From: Antedon mediterranea
Lineage: Eukaryota; Animalia; Echinodermata
Direction of reading: 5' to 3'
NCBI RefSeq assembly: GCF_964355755.1
Contig: NC_092676.1
Location: forward strand, 13,782,871-13,846,870
Length of the DNA stretch: 64,000 nucleotides
Shown: one piece after another, positions 41,268 through 54,665 of the stretch
Layout: each line of letters starts with the position of its first letter
Position numbering within the stretch: position 1 is the first letter of the stretch
Translations under genes and position numbers: made by a program
The notes under the pieces: model-generated
Database searches by the model: none
The model's input: only the letters and a program-made list of their open reading frames with translations
What the model was told of the DNA's origin: nothing

Positions 41268-41914
41268 TTAAAAGGCTTTCTGATATCTCCATGAACAAAA
41301 TTGAATCACTTATCAGGAAGAGTATTGGTATCTCAAGCTTAAGTATTCGGTCTTTACCTGATAAAATCCATGATCTTAAAGTAGACTATACATTGAATCT
41401 GTCTATGGTTGTCTGTCTACAAGAAACATGGTGTGAAGATGACTACTCCAACGACCACTTAAATATTGATGGATATTATCTGCACTTAACCAATCGTGGA
41501 AAAGGAAAAGGAATTGCTACCTATTTCAAAAAAGGTTTTTATCTTTCTGAAGAAGTAAACAAAGAATTATTTCAAATGACCAAATGTTCAAGTAGATATC
41601 TGCATGTGATAAACGTGTACAGGTCTCAAAATGCTTCCTCTGCTGAGTTTTTACAGCATTTAGACTCACTCATTGATGATTGTGAACAGTGTTATATTGT
41701 AGGTGATTTCAACATTGATATCTTACGTACTGTACACCCCATTGTAACCTGGATTTTCTCAAAAGGTTTCAGTCAGTCTGTGCAATATCCAACCCATGAA
41801 AAAGGGGGACTTATTGATCATGTTTACATCAGATCAGAGAGAGGTTTTGAACTCTTCACACATTGGCCTTACTACTCTGACCATGCTGCAAACTGTCTTG
41901 TTTTGCATGAATAA
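41268..41914 (+). pseudogene. Helentron C-terminal AP endonuclease (EEP family)
   Basis: CLQETW, GKGIATY, VYRS, GDFNID, PTH..GGLIDHVY, YSDH. In frame with the helicase once the TTAA insert is removed. Confidence 0.9.
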
Positions 41915-43308
41915 AATGTTATATAATATATAAACTTTGCTCTTGCTGTTTCTTGCTGTTGTTCTTGCTCTTTTAATAAACAAGCATAGTGAACTCTTTT
42001 CTCTTAGGAAGCTTAGATAGAATATTAAATGACACAACAGCCCGCATATAATAACTTAGAACAACTTAGAAATGTAATGCCTTAGAAAAGCGATACATCA
42101 AAACAGTTCAAAAAGTACAGGAAAGCGATAAAACGCATAGTGATACCGGACCGACAGACAGACAGACCGACCGACAGACAGACCGACCAACCGACCGACA
42201 TAGTGAACTATAGAGTCGCTTCCACGCGACAAAGCGATACATCAAAACAGTTCAAAAAGTACAGGAAAGCGATAAAACGCATAGTGATACCGGACCGACA
42301 GACAAACAGACCGACAGACAGACAGACTGACAGACAGACCGACAGACAGACGGACCGACCGACATAGTGAACTATACTGACCGAAATTACTGAACATGTT
42401 TAAAAATGTTGAAATGTTTAAAAACATTTATTTTTTTTTAATTTACACGTGCGTAGCCTGTCACTTTTGACGTGCTCGTATAACGTAATTTCGAGTTGAA
42501 AAGTAAGTCAAGAAAAAAGAGATCAGGCAAAAAGAGTGCGCAATAACATTTAACGCGCAGTGCGCGCGCAAAAATCTGCGTACTCATGGCAATTTTGTAA
42601 ACGCTTAAAATTGCCTGAAACGTACTCTTATTTCATCGAAAATAAATTTTGAAAATTTTAAGCGCGCGTGCGCATGCGTTACATGCGCTACGCACGTAAT
42701 TGTATTACCATATGATGATTTATGCCCTGAAATTTATGAGTACCAAATTTTATTTAATTGTGATTCATGGTTGTTAAGATATGATTACAAACGTGATTTC
42801 GTTAAATCGTGCGTAGACCGCGTAATTTTTTATTGCGCACCGTGAAAACATAACCACATTGATTCCTGGCCATAAGGAATATTCTGTGAAAAATTGACTT
42901 AGCTAGATTAAACTGATATCAAGATAAGGTCAGAAAGCGATAAAACGCATAGTGATACCGGACCGACAGACAGACAGACAGACCGACAGACAGACCGACA
43001 GACAGACAGACCGACCGACCGACGTAGTGAACTATAGAGTCGCGTCCACGCGACTAAAAATGTACATACTGTATTTTTGTGTAATGTAATTTTTTAATTT
43101 TGCTGACTTACTCGGACTGTGTCATACCTAACAAACACACAAACGTCACACACACCCACACAGTACTAACTAGAAGATATAGACATGGGCTTTAGAGACT
43201 AATAATTTGGCCTAATAGTATTAATAGAAACTATAATTTTAACACGTAATTCTTTAGTAATAAATTCTATTAAACAACACCATAAACTAAAAAGGCTGAT
43301 TATTTGAG

Positions 43309-46300
43309 CAGGGGTCGTCAAACACACGGCCAGTCTGTGGTTCTTTTTTGGTCAGCCTGTGGTCCCGAGGGCGCTAGACATTTCGGTCAGCCAGAGCCAT
43401 ATATTGACGCGCGAGCAGGTACAGTAAATGTTTTTCTCCCAAACTATAGAGGGCGCTACCCAACGTTTATTACCAGAGCCATTTGAATATATTATTATTA
43501 TTGTTTATTACCACAGTTTTTCAATCATAATTAATTAATAGGTTTTATAGGTCTATAAGAATGATTTAATGTTCTATTAAAATCGACTCGGTTAAGAACC
43601 AGCAATCTAAAATCATGAATATATCCTCTTAACATTTATTATTTCAGTTTAGTTTCATTGACATTTTGTTTTTTTTGTATATTAATTATCATTAAAAATT
43701 CAATATTTGAATCGTCATCTTTGGTTATTAGTTTAGAGATTGTAAGCAGCCAGTGTGTAGTTTAACAACACATAAAAACAAAATCAATTATTTTGAATTA
43801 AATCTAACATGGTATTATAATAGTAAAGCAGCCAAGAACACAAACACAATTTATTAATTCATTTTAAACTTTATTTAACTTTTTTTTGTAGTTTAAGCTC
43901 AACATTGGTATGGTCAATCCATTGTAATAAACGTTGCATTGACATACAATGCTCTACGTAAGCTTTAAGCTTTCACTCTAGAAGAATGAACAATCAAAGG
44001 TAAAACAATTATTGAGAATATATGCACACCGTTGTAATAAACGTTGAATTGACACACAATGCTCTAAGTAAGCTTTAAGCTTTCATTCTTCAAGAATGAA
44101 CAATCAAACCATTATTGAAAATATACTGTATTACAAACCATTAAACAAAACGTTGAATTGACACACATCACGCTTTAGAAGAATGAACAACGAAACTCGA
44201 TTTGTTTTTCCTACATGAGATTACGTGGTTGCAGCTAACATTTTGTCAAGCGTCATATTGCAGAAAACACCTGGTAATTTATGTGCTACTTTATTCAACA
44301 GCGTAACGTTTTTTCTACCAAATGTTCTGAAAACTGGTCCATGATCTGACGTGTCAGTCAATGATTCGTACTTTACATACGCATGGATCATCTCATGTTT
44401 TCTTTCTGTTTTTATACTTGTACTATTATTGTTGCTCTTTTGGCGCTCCATAGAAACAAAAACATTGAGCATGGGGAGCTCGAGGAGTTACATTACAGTA
44501 TACAAAGAAACGCATCTGTAAAATCATAAATTTAAAGGATTTATTTATTTGTTATTATGTGTTTCTCCTTCTGAAAGTACTTATAAGTCCTAATTTTAAA
44601 GTGTGGTGTTCAGGATAAAGTTAGCCAACAAATTTGGAGTCAAAATACAAGAAAGGCAGGTGCGTCAGAAAAACATCCTCTGAACCAACACAATGGAGTA
44701 AATATATACAAACAAACACCCCGTCAAGTTTGTTTGTTGTAAAGAAAAAATATACATTTACTCAACGGGCGAAAATAATGTGAGTTTATCTATGTTTTGC
44801 GGTGGTATTAAATTATATTTATGGTAATAAATGAAACCTACTGTGTTTAAAATTATGTATGGATAAACAAGTATTGTTTTTAAGCTGTAGTATATCTTAG
44901 AATTTGTAATCTTAGGTCTTGGGTCTTAGCTTTCGTGATCTTAGGTCTTAGGGGCTCTTAGCTTTCGTGGTCTTAGGTTTCGTGACACCCGCTTAGACCC
45001 ACAAGAATAAAAAATGTGTATAATTTGTGTACTGTAATTTTTTAATTCTGCTATTTTATTATCAAACAATATGCATGTACTCAAAGGAACTTTAAAAATG
45101 CGCGTATATGAACACATGAGATGGGAAGATTAGACCCACGAGAATAAAAAATGTATTTTTGTGTAATGTTTATTGTTTAATTTTGGCTGACTTATTACTC
45201 GGACTGTCATAACTAACACACACACCTCACACACACCCACACTACTAGAATAGAAATGGGTTTAGAGACTAATAATTAGGCCTAATAGTATTAATAGAAA
45301 CTATAATTTTAACACGTAATTCTTTAGTAATAAATTATATTAAAAACTACGCCGCTATTCTTTTATGAAATCCCACGCGGCAACCACAGCGGAGATTAGG
45401 CCTAGAATCGTACCGCACTTGTGCAATCACTTCTTGTTGCTATACGCTTGGGTGCACACGGAACAAGAAAATTTAACTGATGAATTATTCATGTTTATTT
45501 TGTGACGTTTCATGAGGGGGTCCCCAACTTATGTACGAAAAAAAAAATCGCGTCCGGAACAGTTTACAGTTTGCCATATTAACATACGTAGTCTAATCGT
45601 TCCAGGTAAACTAGCTGAAATTCAACACCTAGCAAATTTAAATAACTATGATATTATTGCTTTAACAGAAACATGGCTAGATCAAACTATCTTGAACCAT
45701 GACATTTTACTAGACGCTTATCAAGAACCTATTAGAAATGATAGAAACCGCCATGGCGGCGGATGTGCTCTTTATATATCTAATTCTATACACTTAGTTA
45801 ATTCCCATATTATTTGTAATGATCTCTTGTCAGATGTGATAAGGTGTGAAATACAAGTTTCAAACTGGACGATTTTGACTTATGTATGTTATAGGCCACC
45901 ACAAAGTGATGTTCAATCTGATCAGGATCTACTTGACTATTTTCAAAACAGTACTAATAACTTTGTTTTGTCTCGACACAGCTTAACTTTAATGATGGGC
46001 GATATGAATGCTCAAAATAACAACTGGTACAATGATGGTAACACAAATAGATTTGGAAAATCATTTTACGAATTTTTACAACAAAACGGTTTAACTCAAC
46101 ACATCAATATGCCAACACGTTGTATAAAAGACCAACGGTCTTGTATTGACCATATAGTTACTAGTCAAAATGTATATATTAATGATTTTGGTGCATTGTG
46201 CCCACTTTTAAATTGTGATCACAGTCCAGTATATGCAAATATTGATATTCGTATCATACGGGACAAGCCATACAATCGTAAAATATATCTTTTTGAAAAA

Positions 46301-49102
46301 ACTGATTTTAATTTATATCGCAATGCTCTTAATTCTGTAAATTGGGAAGAAGTTTATTCATCTTCAAAGGTTGAAGATGTTTGTCATAATTGGATTGACT
46401 TATTTAATAATTGTGTTGATAACTATATTATATCTAAGATTATAACTGTGCGTCCTAATGACAAGCCTTGGATTAATGCGCATATTAGAGCTCTTATTCG
46501 CAAAAGAAATCGCGCCCATTCCACTGGAAATAACTCAAATTCGCATATGCAACGTTTTAAGAAAATTCGCGCAAAAGTTGTTAAAGCAATAAGAAAAGCT
46601 AAACAAACTTTTTTGGATAAACAATTTGATTTAATAATGAATAAAAACTGTGATTCAAAAACGTGGTGGTCTACCATACATTCAGTTTGTAATTCCAAAC
46701 AATATTATAAGATTCCTCCAATCAAATTAAACGATGATGTCCTAACTTTAAATAGTGAGAAAGTTAAAGCTTTTAACAATTATTTTAAATCTCAATCGTT
46801 TATTCCTAATCATGATGATTTTCCTTCGGACTTCACATATAGAACTGCATCGAGACTCTCAACTCTAAAATTATCTGTTGATGAGATCATGAAATTATTA
46901 ACTATGCTGGATAAAAACAAGGCGATGGGACCTGATGAAATTCACAGTATCATACTAAAAGAATCTGCTGAAATTATTGCACCCCATTTGACAAAGCTTT
47001 ATAACTTCTGCATAAGCCAAGGATATTTTCCTGTGGAATGGAAAAAATCAAATGTCATTCCTCTGCATAAAAAGGCAATAAATCCCTTATTGAGAACTAC
47101 CGCCCTATATCCATACTTTCAAACTTTGCAAAAATGTTTGAGCGTGCAGTTTTTGATATAGTATATAAATACTTTGTGGATAATAAACTTCTTACTCAAT
47201 TCCAATCTGGTTTTACACCAGGTGACTCGACAACTTATCAACTTCTTTATCTTATAGATACATTTAATAGAGGTTTAGATTTAAGGAAAGAAGTAATCTC
47301 GGTATTTTTGGATATTTCCAAAGCCTTCGATAAAGTTTGGCATAATGGGATTATATACAAATTAAATCAATATGGAATTAATGGCACTCTTCTAAAATGG
47401 TTCCAAAGTTACTTAAACTCACGTGAGCAACGTGTTATTATTGAAGGAACTACCAGTCCTTGGGTGACCATTACAGCAGGAGTACCCCAAGGATCTGTTT
47501 TGGGTCCATTTTTATTTATTGTATTCATAAATGATATGGTTGATAATATCAAATCTAATATTAGTTTATATGCAGATGATACTTCGTTATATGATATTTG
47601 TACAGATCGTAATATTTCAGAACAAAAATTAAATGGTGATCTTAATGTCATTTATAATTGGGCAAAAAAATGGAAAGTAACATTCAATGCTAACAAAACG
47701 AAAGCTATACTGTTTACACGTAAACATTTAGATAACTATGTTAGTTTAAATTTCAATAATGTAAATCTACAATTTGTAAATGATCATAGGCATCTTGGTG
47801 TAATGTTTAATGCAAAACTCAAGTGGGATTCCCATATCCAATCTGTAATTAACAAAGCGTCTTTATCTTAAAATATGCTACGTCGTGTCAAACATTCTAC
47901 CTCGACAGGCTCTCTGTCACATTTACATATCACACGTTAGACCATTAATGGAATATGCAGCTCCTGTTTGGTGTAATATTCCAGATAAATTAAGTGATGA
48001 ACTAGAAAATATCCAGATTTCTGCAGGTAGAATATGTACTGGTGCGTGGAAACATACAAGTCATAATGCATTAAGACAAGAATTAGGCTGGTTATCATTG
48101 GAAAAACATAGACAATTTCTTAACCTAATACTGTTTTTTAAAATTATTCATAAGTTAACACCAGTGTATCTTTACTCCTTATTTAATTTTTCTGACAATA
48201 TTGAAGTTTATAACTTGCGTAACATCCGAAATATAATAATTCCATTTTGTAAGACCACATCATATCGTTTATCTTTTGTCCCATCTATTATAACACATTG
48301 GAATGAGTTAAATAATGAAATAAAAAATTCCTCATTTCTTGTTGAGTTTAAAAAATTGCTACTGAAATCCAATATGTTTGAAACAAAAAAACGTTCTTAT
48401 TATGATACAGGTGATAAGAAGATTAACCAAAATCACACTAGAATCCGACTTGGTTTCAGCTGTCTCAATTCGCATTTATTCTTACATGGACTTCGGGACA
48501 ATCCAAATTGTACTTGTGGCTTTAATGTTGAGAATCCGCTTCATTTCTTATGTTACTGCCCTAATTATAATACACAAAGAGATATTCTACTTGTAAGCGC
48601 TAACTCAATTATTGAGGATATCTTAGCCAAGGATTTTTCTTTAACATTTAATTTTACATTTTTAAGTGAAATTTTTATTTTTGGTTCCGATCTTCTATCG
48701 AATTGTGAAAATGCTTTATTATTTTATTATGTACAACAATTTCTTGTTAATTCTGGAAGATTTAATTGATGTTTCTGTTAGTTGTTTTAAAATGTTGTAT
48801 TTGTTAATCTGAGGCGCCTCTGTGTAATATACTGAATAAAAAAAAATAAAAAAAAGTTGTTAGTTTTATATTTATAATTATTTGGATATAGGAGGCCTAG
48901 GGTACCTGTTAGATCGATCTTGACTGCTTTTAATTTTCCCGCTAAATAAAGGTATGTGAAAACAGCTGTAGAGGGCTCACTTTAGAAAAGCATGGAAAAG
49001 TTATGTCTAGCGCCCTCGGGACCACAGGCTGGCCGATATGTCTAGCGCCCTTGGACCACAGCCTGGCCAAAAAAAGAATCACAGATTGGCTGTGTGTTTC
49101 AT
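43309..49102. mobile_element. Possible hAT-like TIR element enclosing the LINE
   Basis: 43309-43382 (CAGGGG...AAACACACGGCCAGTCTGTGGTTCTTTTTTGG...GAGGGCGCTAGACAT) is mirrored at 49003-49100. Right tip incomplete and no TSD found. Confidence 0.45.
45551..48855 (+). mobile_element. CR1-group LINE, ORF2 (EN+RT) with two frameshifts, no ORF1
   Basis: NIRSL, LTETWL, YRPP, GDMNA, CDH; KAMGPD, QSGF, FLDISKAFDKVWH, GVPQGSVLGP, YADDT, HLGV; C-terminal CTCG...HFLCYC; A-rich tail. Frame breaks at ~47070 and ~47870. Confidence 0.92.
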
Positions 49103-49136
49103 GCTAGCGCCCTCGGGACCACAGGCTGGCCCAGAG

Positions 49137-49514
49137 CAAAGATCTTGAATACAGTAAAGTAAGATTAGTCCCTACATAGCATATGTTAAGATGTAGGCTA
49201 CTTATTTAATTACATAAATTTACCTGTTCTTGTCTTTGGGAAAATTGTAAAACTTAAGTTCTGGGTTGGCCTTTGAATTGCTTTTACAATTAATTGCAGC
49301 ACAGTACATCCCTCAACTTTTTCTCTTTTCATTCATTGTTTCTTAACCATACAAACTTTGGCGCGACTCCTCAATCTCTTTTCTAAAGAATACTGCGATC
49401 GTCACGCAAATGTTCGTTACTTGTTTAAGCGAGGGGGCGCACTATAATTTGACGCTTCTAAAGTGTTACGCGTAAACTCGGGTAGTGTCCCATCTTTAGT
49501 ATATAAGATCTTTG
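49137..49514. mobile_element. P-element-like MITE
   Basis: TIR CAAAGATCTT..ATAC / GTATATAAGATCTTTG; 7-bp TSD CCCAGAG (49130-36, 49515-21). Confidence 0.7.
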
Positions 49515-50758
49515 CCCAGAGCCATATATATAAAGAGTTACGACATTGAAAATTAGAAGCCATTTTTGTGTCAAAGAATTCGTACGCTGAGGGCGCGCGC
49601 GTCTCTTTTGTATAGCGTTTTCCTATAGTTCATGCATTATTTTTAGATTTTTTTGTCTATGAAATAACGCTTATATTCCGTTTTAATTTTAGTAATTAAT
49701 TTTATTAATGGTATTAATTTGGTAACAAATATATATTGTGTCTATAATAACAAAAGAATAAATGCTAGGGCCTACATGCAATTTGAAAGCGCACGGTGCG
49801 CACGTAGCACTAAAACATCTATTTTCGCGTGAATTGTTTTTCCAGCCTTTTATAGTAATTTTACCAACTTTTAAACAACTTCGATTTAAAATCACGTCAT
49901 ACGAGCAATTCGAATTGGACAATTCGCGACCGTTTTTGTTGAAAAGTTCAAAAATTCGTCAAAATCATGACTTTCTTTAAACAGTTTTTTTTTTTTAGTT
50001 TTTGAAGTTTATTTTTGTTACATATGCTGGAAGTAGATGAGTTGTAGATATCGGATCATGCATCAATATGGCTAACCGGACATTGTGACGTCATCGTTTG
50101 GCCACTCGAATATAAAATATAGGATTTTTGTTTCTTTCGTCATAGCTCATCACATTTAATAGACCGGAGATTAGACCGCATCTCCACTTATCCGTATTCC
50201 ATTTTGCCCCATATTTTGATATTGTCTAGGTCAATCAATTTTCTTTCGCACGATGTTAATGACGTCATCATGATCAAAATTAAGCGTGAAACGCTTGGGT
50301 CACTTATTTTCATCATTACAGTAACTGTTAATATGTTATAGCTCCTCAGAAAAAAAAGTGATACTCATGATTTAATCATTTTCTGGAAGCATTTGAATTG
50401 TAGATACAAATTCATGTACACATTTTGCGCATCGGATGTTGTGACGTCATCATATGGCCAGTTGAATTATAAAGGTCGTATTTTCATATTTTGCGTCATA
50501 GTTCATGACATTTTTTAAAAGAGCGTGCATATTCTACGTATCCAAATTTCTTCAACGTTAATATGTTGTTGCTCAGATAATTCCCTTCCCAAAATTGCTA
50601 TCGACGAATTTCATTAGAGAGTTTACGAAACACGACGGGAGCTCAGACAACGAGTGATTGACAGTGCCCACTGACGACACTGCGCCTGCGTCAGTAATTT
50701 CACCAGTTGTCGTCTGGTCGAAGACATGTTCACAGTGTACGAATAAAAAACACAAACA

Positions 50759-53700
50759 ATGACTTCTCAATTAGCTGCCCAAAGCAGGCGCGGATTCAAG
50801 GGGGGGCCACGGGGGCTCTAGCCCCCTCATCGGGAGCCTAGCCCCCCCCCCCCCCCCCCCGTCAGGGAACACGGGTACTTTTTGTCGGGGAATATAATAT
50901 ACAGTAAAAAACGTTCGCGTTCACTTCATAGCTTCAGCGCCTAGAAAACCACGACGTTCCATTGACCGTGAGAGTACGTCAGAGGGCTATTATGCACTTT
51001 TATGCATTCATTTATTGCCAGCGATCTAACTTACTACTAAACATTAGCTAGGTACGCACTTGTCTGGCGGTATCCCTTTGTACGAATCGTTCAACGTTGG
51101 GTCGAGACGCGTGATATCAAGTTCCATCCAGGGACCAAAATGTGTAATGTAGTTATTTTCCAGGCGAAGTTTACCGACGGTTACCGAAGGGAAGACGGGT
51201 ACTTTTTGTCGGGGAATATAATATACAGTAAAAAACGTTCGCGTTCACTTCGTAGCTTCAGCGCCTAGAAAACCGCGACGTTTCATTGACCGTGAGAGTA
51301 CGTCAGAGTGATATTATGCACTTTATATGCATTCATTATTGCCAGCGATCTAACTTACTATAGAAAACAATAGCTAGGTTCGCACTTGTCTGGCGGTATC
51401 CATTTGTACGAATCGTTCAACGTTGGGTCGAGACGCGTGATATCATGTTCCATCCAGCGACCAAAATGTGTACTGTAGTTATTTTCCAGGCGAAGTTTAC
51501 TGACGGTTACGTCGTGTGTACTGCGTCGACGTACGCTACACTACAGCAAAAACGAATTATGTTAATTGTTCGTATGTTCACCAATTTTTTAATTTACAAG
51601 TAACCTTCTGTACCGTGGGGCACCTAAAATAAATTTGTCATCCATTACTAAACAAAAAAACATGCCATTTTCGCTTAGCCAACATCTTATTATAGCTAAG
51701 TTATTACATTTTCAATGTCCTGTAAGTGTATGTCATGAATTTCTCACCACTCGGAAGTCCAGATGGTACGCACGCATACACTTGGGAGGAATAAACTTAT
51801 TTCCCCCGACTGAAAAAGGTCTACGCTTGCGTTTTTTAAGCCTCTAGGCCTGATGTTTCCAAAGTATAAAATGCAATTTTTTGAAGACCTGCAGCTCTAG
51901 TTTTAAACATTTTCTTAGCTCAGCCCCAACAATAAAGCTGGTCATATTTCGAAGTACAAGAAGTGCATTTTCCGGGACCTAACATCTCTATTTTTCAAAC
52001 ATTTCTTAGCTCAGTCACAACCATGATAGGGACTTCTTATATATTTTGTTTCATGTTTTGAAGTATAATAAGTCCAATTTCCGGGACCTCCAACTCTATT
52101 TTTCTAAATTTTCTTTGAACTTTTATTCTTTAAATTGAAAAATATGGATTGAATGAAACAGTCATCGCGCATCGTTTTTTTGCACGCAGTATTTTATTTA
52201 TGCATTATAAAAAATGGAAAAAATGGCTACCCTAAATCTGATTAAAATGACCTCAAATGACGCTAGAACGCGTTGCTTCCGGACCCCCACCGAGGGCCCT
52301 TTGCGGCCCCCCTGGCCCCCAGCCTAGTGATGCTCGCTTCGCTCGCATAGCCCCCTCGTCGGGGAATGTAGCCCCCGCGCGCGTCGGGAAGATCCTGGCG
52401 CCACCCCTCTGGTACTAGGCCTAGTAGTAGAGGAATAGGCGCGTGCGCAATGAGCGGGAGGGATTTGAGGCCTACAACAAAGGTGAACGATCCGAACTTA
52501 CTTTCATTGCGGTCCAAGCGTCGATATCTAGACTGTATCAAGTTACAAGGGCCAAAGCGTGTAGTTACGCACTACCCTGGCGGTGTCCCTTTGTACGAAT
52601 TAATTAAAGTTACAATTCTATATTTAGGAGTTGACCCAGCTTACGCGCGCCGCCGCGGGCGTCGATTTGCCCTCTACGATCGCGTGTGCCCCCAGGCAAA
52701 AATAATCCTGGATCCGCCCCTGCAAAGTATGTATATTTGGTTATGTTTATATTTAAAATGATTATCAATTAAATAATGGAATCCTAAATAATGTTTGCAT
52801 CGATTTTAAATTTATGACCTGATTTAATAATAGATAAAATTATCACTTAAAACAAAGTTCCCTCTGCTGCCTAAAAGTAGGCTAGAATAGGTCTGCCTAG
52901 GCCGTAGGCGCACTAGGCTAGTAGCTATCTATCTAGGCCTAGGCTACTTATAGGCCTAACTAAACTACGGCCTGTTCTGCCTAGTCCTACATAGGCCTAT
53001 ACTAAGTCACTAACTAGGCCTAGCTAGGTAGGTAGCCTAGCTAGGGCCTACTAACTTTCTTAATTATTAGGCCTAGCCTACTAGCCTAGCCTTGGCTAGT
53101 AGGCCTAGCTAGGTAGATAGTAGTAGTAGTAGGCTAGGCAATGCCCTCTGGCCTAGAGTAGTAGGCCTAGGCTCGTACTAATAATAGTAGCTACGGTAGG
53201 TCATACCAGTCATTTTTCATCCAGTCCTGTCTACATTGGTTATACCTAGGACTTGGTTTGAGGCCTAGCCTAGGCCTATAATAATACTGAGCTATAACAA
53301 CATCAATGACAGAATACTTTTAATCTGTAGTGTTATTGATTGATATTACATACATTTTTTTATCCTATTTTAGCAAAAAAAATATCTCCAACTAAGAAGT
53401 GGTCTCCAGAAAAGGATGACCAGCTAGTGAAGGAAATGATTACGCTGGATCCTTTCCAGTACAGAGAAAGAACGCAGCAACGCGGAAAAGTATGGAAAGA
53501 CATTGCAGGCAATCTCTCACCATCTTTCGACTACAACTTAGATGGAAGAAATGTTAGGTATAGATGGAATCTATTAAAGGACAAGTTGAAGGCAAAATTG
53601 AATAATGAGATAAGAGGGTCTGGTATCGCTCCACCAGCATTATCAGAAACAGAAGCTGCTGTAGAAGATTTGCTAAGTCAGGAGAAAGATGCATTAAATA

Positions 53701-54315
53701 TAAGATCAGAGAGTGGTGATGCAGCCGCAGCACGAGCTGCAGGTGAAGAGGTTAGGAAGCGCTCATTAGAGACATTTAGACTAAATCAAGGTAAATTGAT
53801 CTTGATGACATATTTATTCCATTTTTGACATGTTTTTACTAAAAGTAAAGCAATACAAAGACAAAAATGTAGACAGAGATGATGTAATTAAAACTTGATC
53901 TCATACTGCAATATGTATGGTAAGCAGTACGTAGACAAAACCATTTCTATCTGTCTATATAGTGTAAATGATATCATGTTGTCTATTTTTTCCCAAAAAT
54001 AAGTATACCAATCTGAGCAGTCATAGTGTATTGTACATGAAAAAGAATTGCACAATATTATTATTTAGTCATATATTTTTATTTTTATATATTAACAGAG
54101 AGGTAAAAAAAAGCAGAGCAAGTAGTACAATGGAATTTTTAAAAGTGAAAATGGAGAGTGATGCTGCTGCTAAGAAAAAAGCTGAAGAGACGCAATCAAG
54201 TATGTTGTTGATGATGAAACAACAAATGGAATTAACTCGTCAACAGATACAAAATCAAAACGTTCAAATGAATAAACAAATGGAGCTCATGCTCCGTATA
54301 ATTGAAAAAAAGTAA
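50759..54315 (+). pseudogene. Harbinger accessory Myb/SANT-like DNA-binding protein, 3 exons (50759-50783, 53374-53790, ~54100-54315)
   Basis: KKWSPEKDDQLVKEM...VWKDIA...VRYRWNLL trihelix pattern, RGSG motif, Q/M-rich coiled-coil tail. Exon 1/2 phases are compatible. First donor displaced by a MITE; exon-3 acceptor uncertain. Confidence 0.75.
50785..52722. mobile_element. MITE with 5-bp TSD (hAT5-like)
   Basis: CAGGCGCGGATTCA ... TGGATCCGCCCCTG termini, CAAAG on both sides, internal ~325-bp tandem duplication (50872-51510). Confidence 0.75.
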
Positions 54316-54365
54316 TGCTCTACCTCTGTTTTTCTGTCAGTTTTTACAATGATTTAGTCTGAAAT

Positions 54366-54665
54366 GAACCTCTTTACCTGCAGCTTGTGCTCCATCCATC
54401 TTATATTAACTTAGCAAATCTTCTATGGTTGTTTCTGATGCTGGTGGACCAGACCCCTTTATCTCATTATTGAATTTTGCCCTCAACTTTTCCTTTAATA
54501 TATTCCACCCATCCCTCACATTTGTTGATGTCAAAAGATGGTGAATTATTGTTTGCAATGTCTTTCCATACTTTTCCACGTTGCTGTGTTCTTTCTTTCT
54601 ACTGGAAAGGATCCAGTATAATCATCTCCTTCACTAGCTGGTCATCCTTTTCTGGAGACCACTTT
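54366..54665 (-). pseudogene. Inverted degenerate copy of Myb/SANT exon 2
   Basis: Reverse complement matches 53396-53754 (e.g. AAGTGGTCTCCAGAAAAGGATGACCAGCTAGTGAAGGA), with substitutions and deletions. Confidence 0.85.

Larger units (their letters stand above)
27975..43060. mobile_element. Decayed autonomous-type Helentron (Helitron2/HLE2), ~15 kb including nested inserts
   Basis: Ends AACAAGGCCAACAGCCATAAGTCGCGTG and AGTCGCGTCCACGCGACTAAAAA are the reverse complement of the 964-1741 HINE ends. The flanks rejoin as AGAATA|AAAAATGTA, matching an uninterrupted repeat at ~45140 (TT/AA target, no TSD). Contains Rep, Pif1 and EN coding regions. Confidence 0.85.

Noticed and set aside
41261-41914. 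Independent LINE endonuclease
   Set aside because: No RT follows, and it fuses in frame to the Pif1 helicase after excising the TTAA insert.
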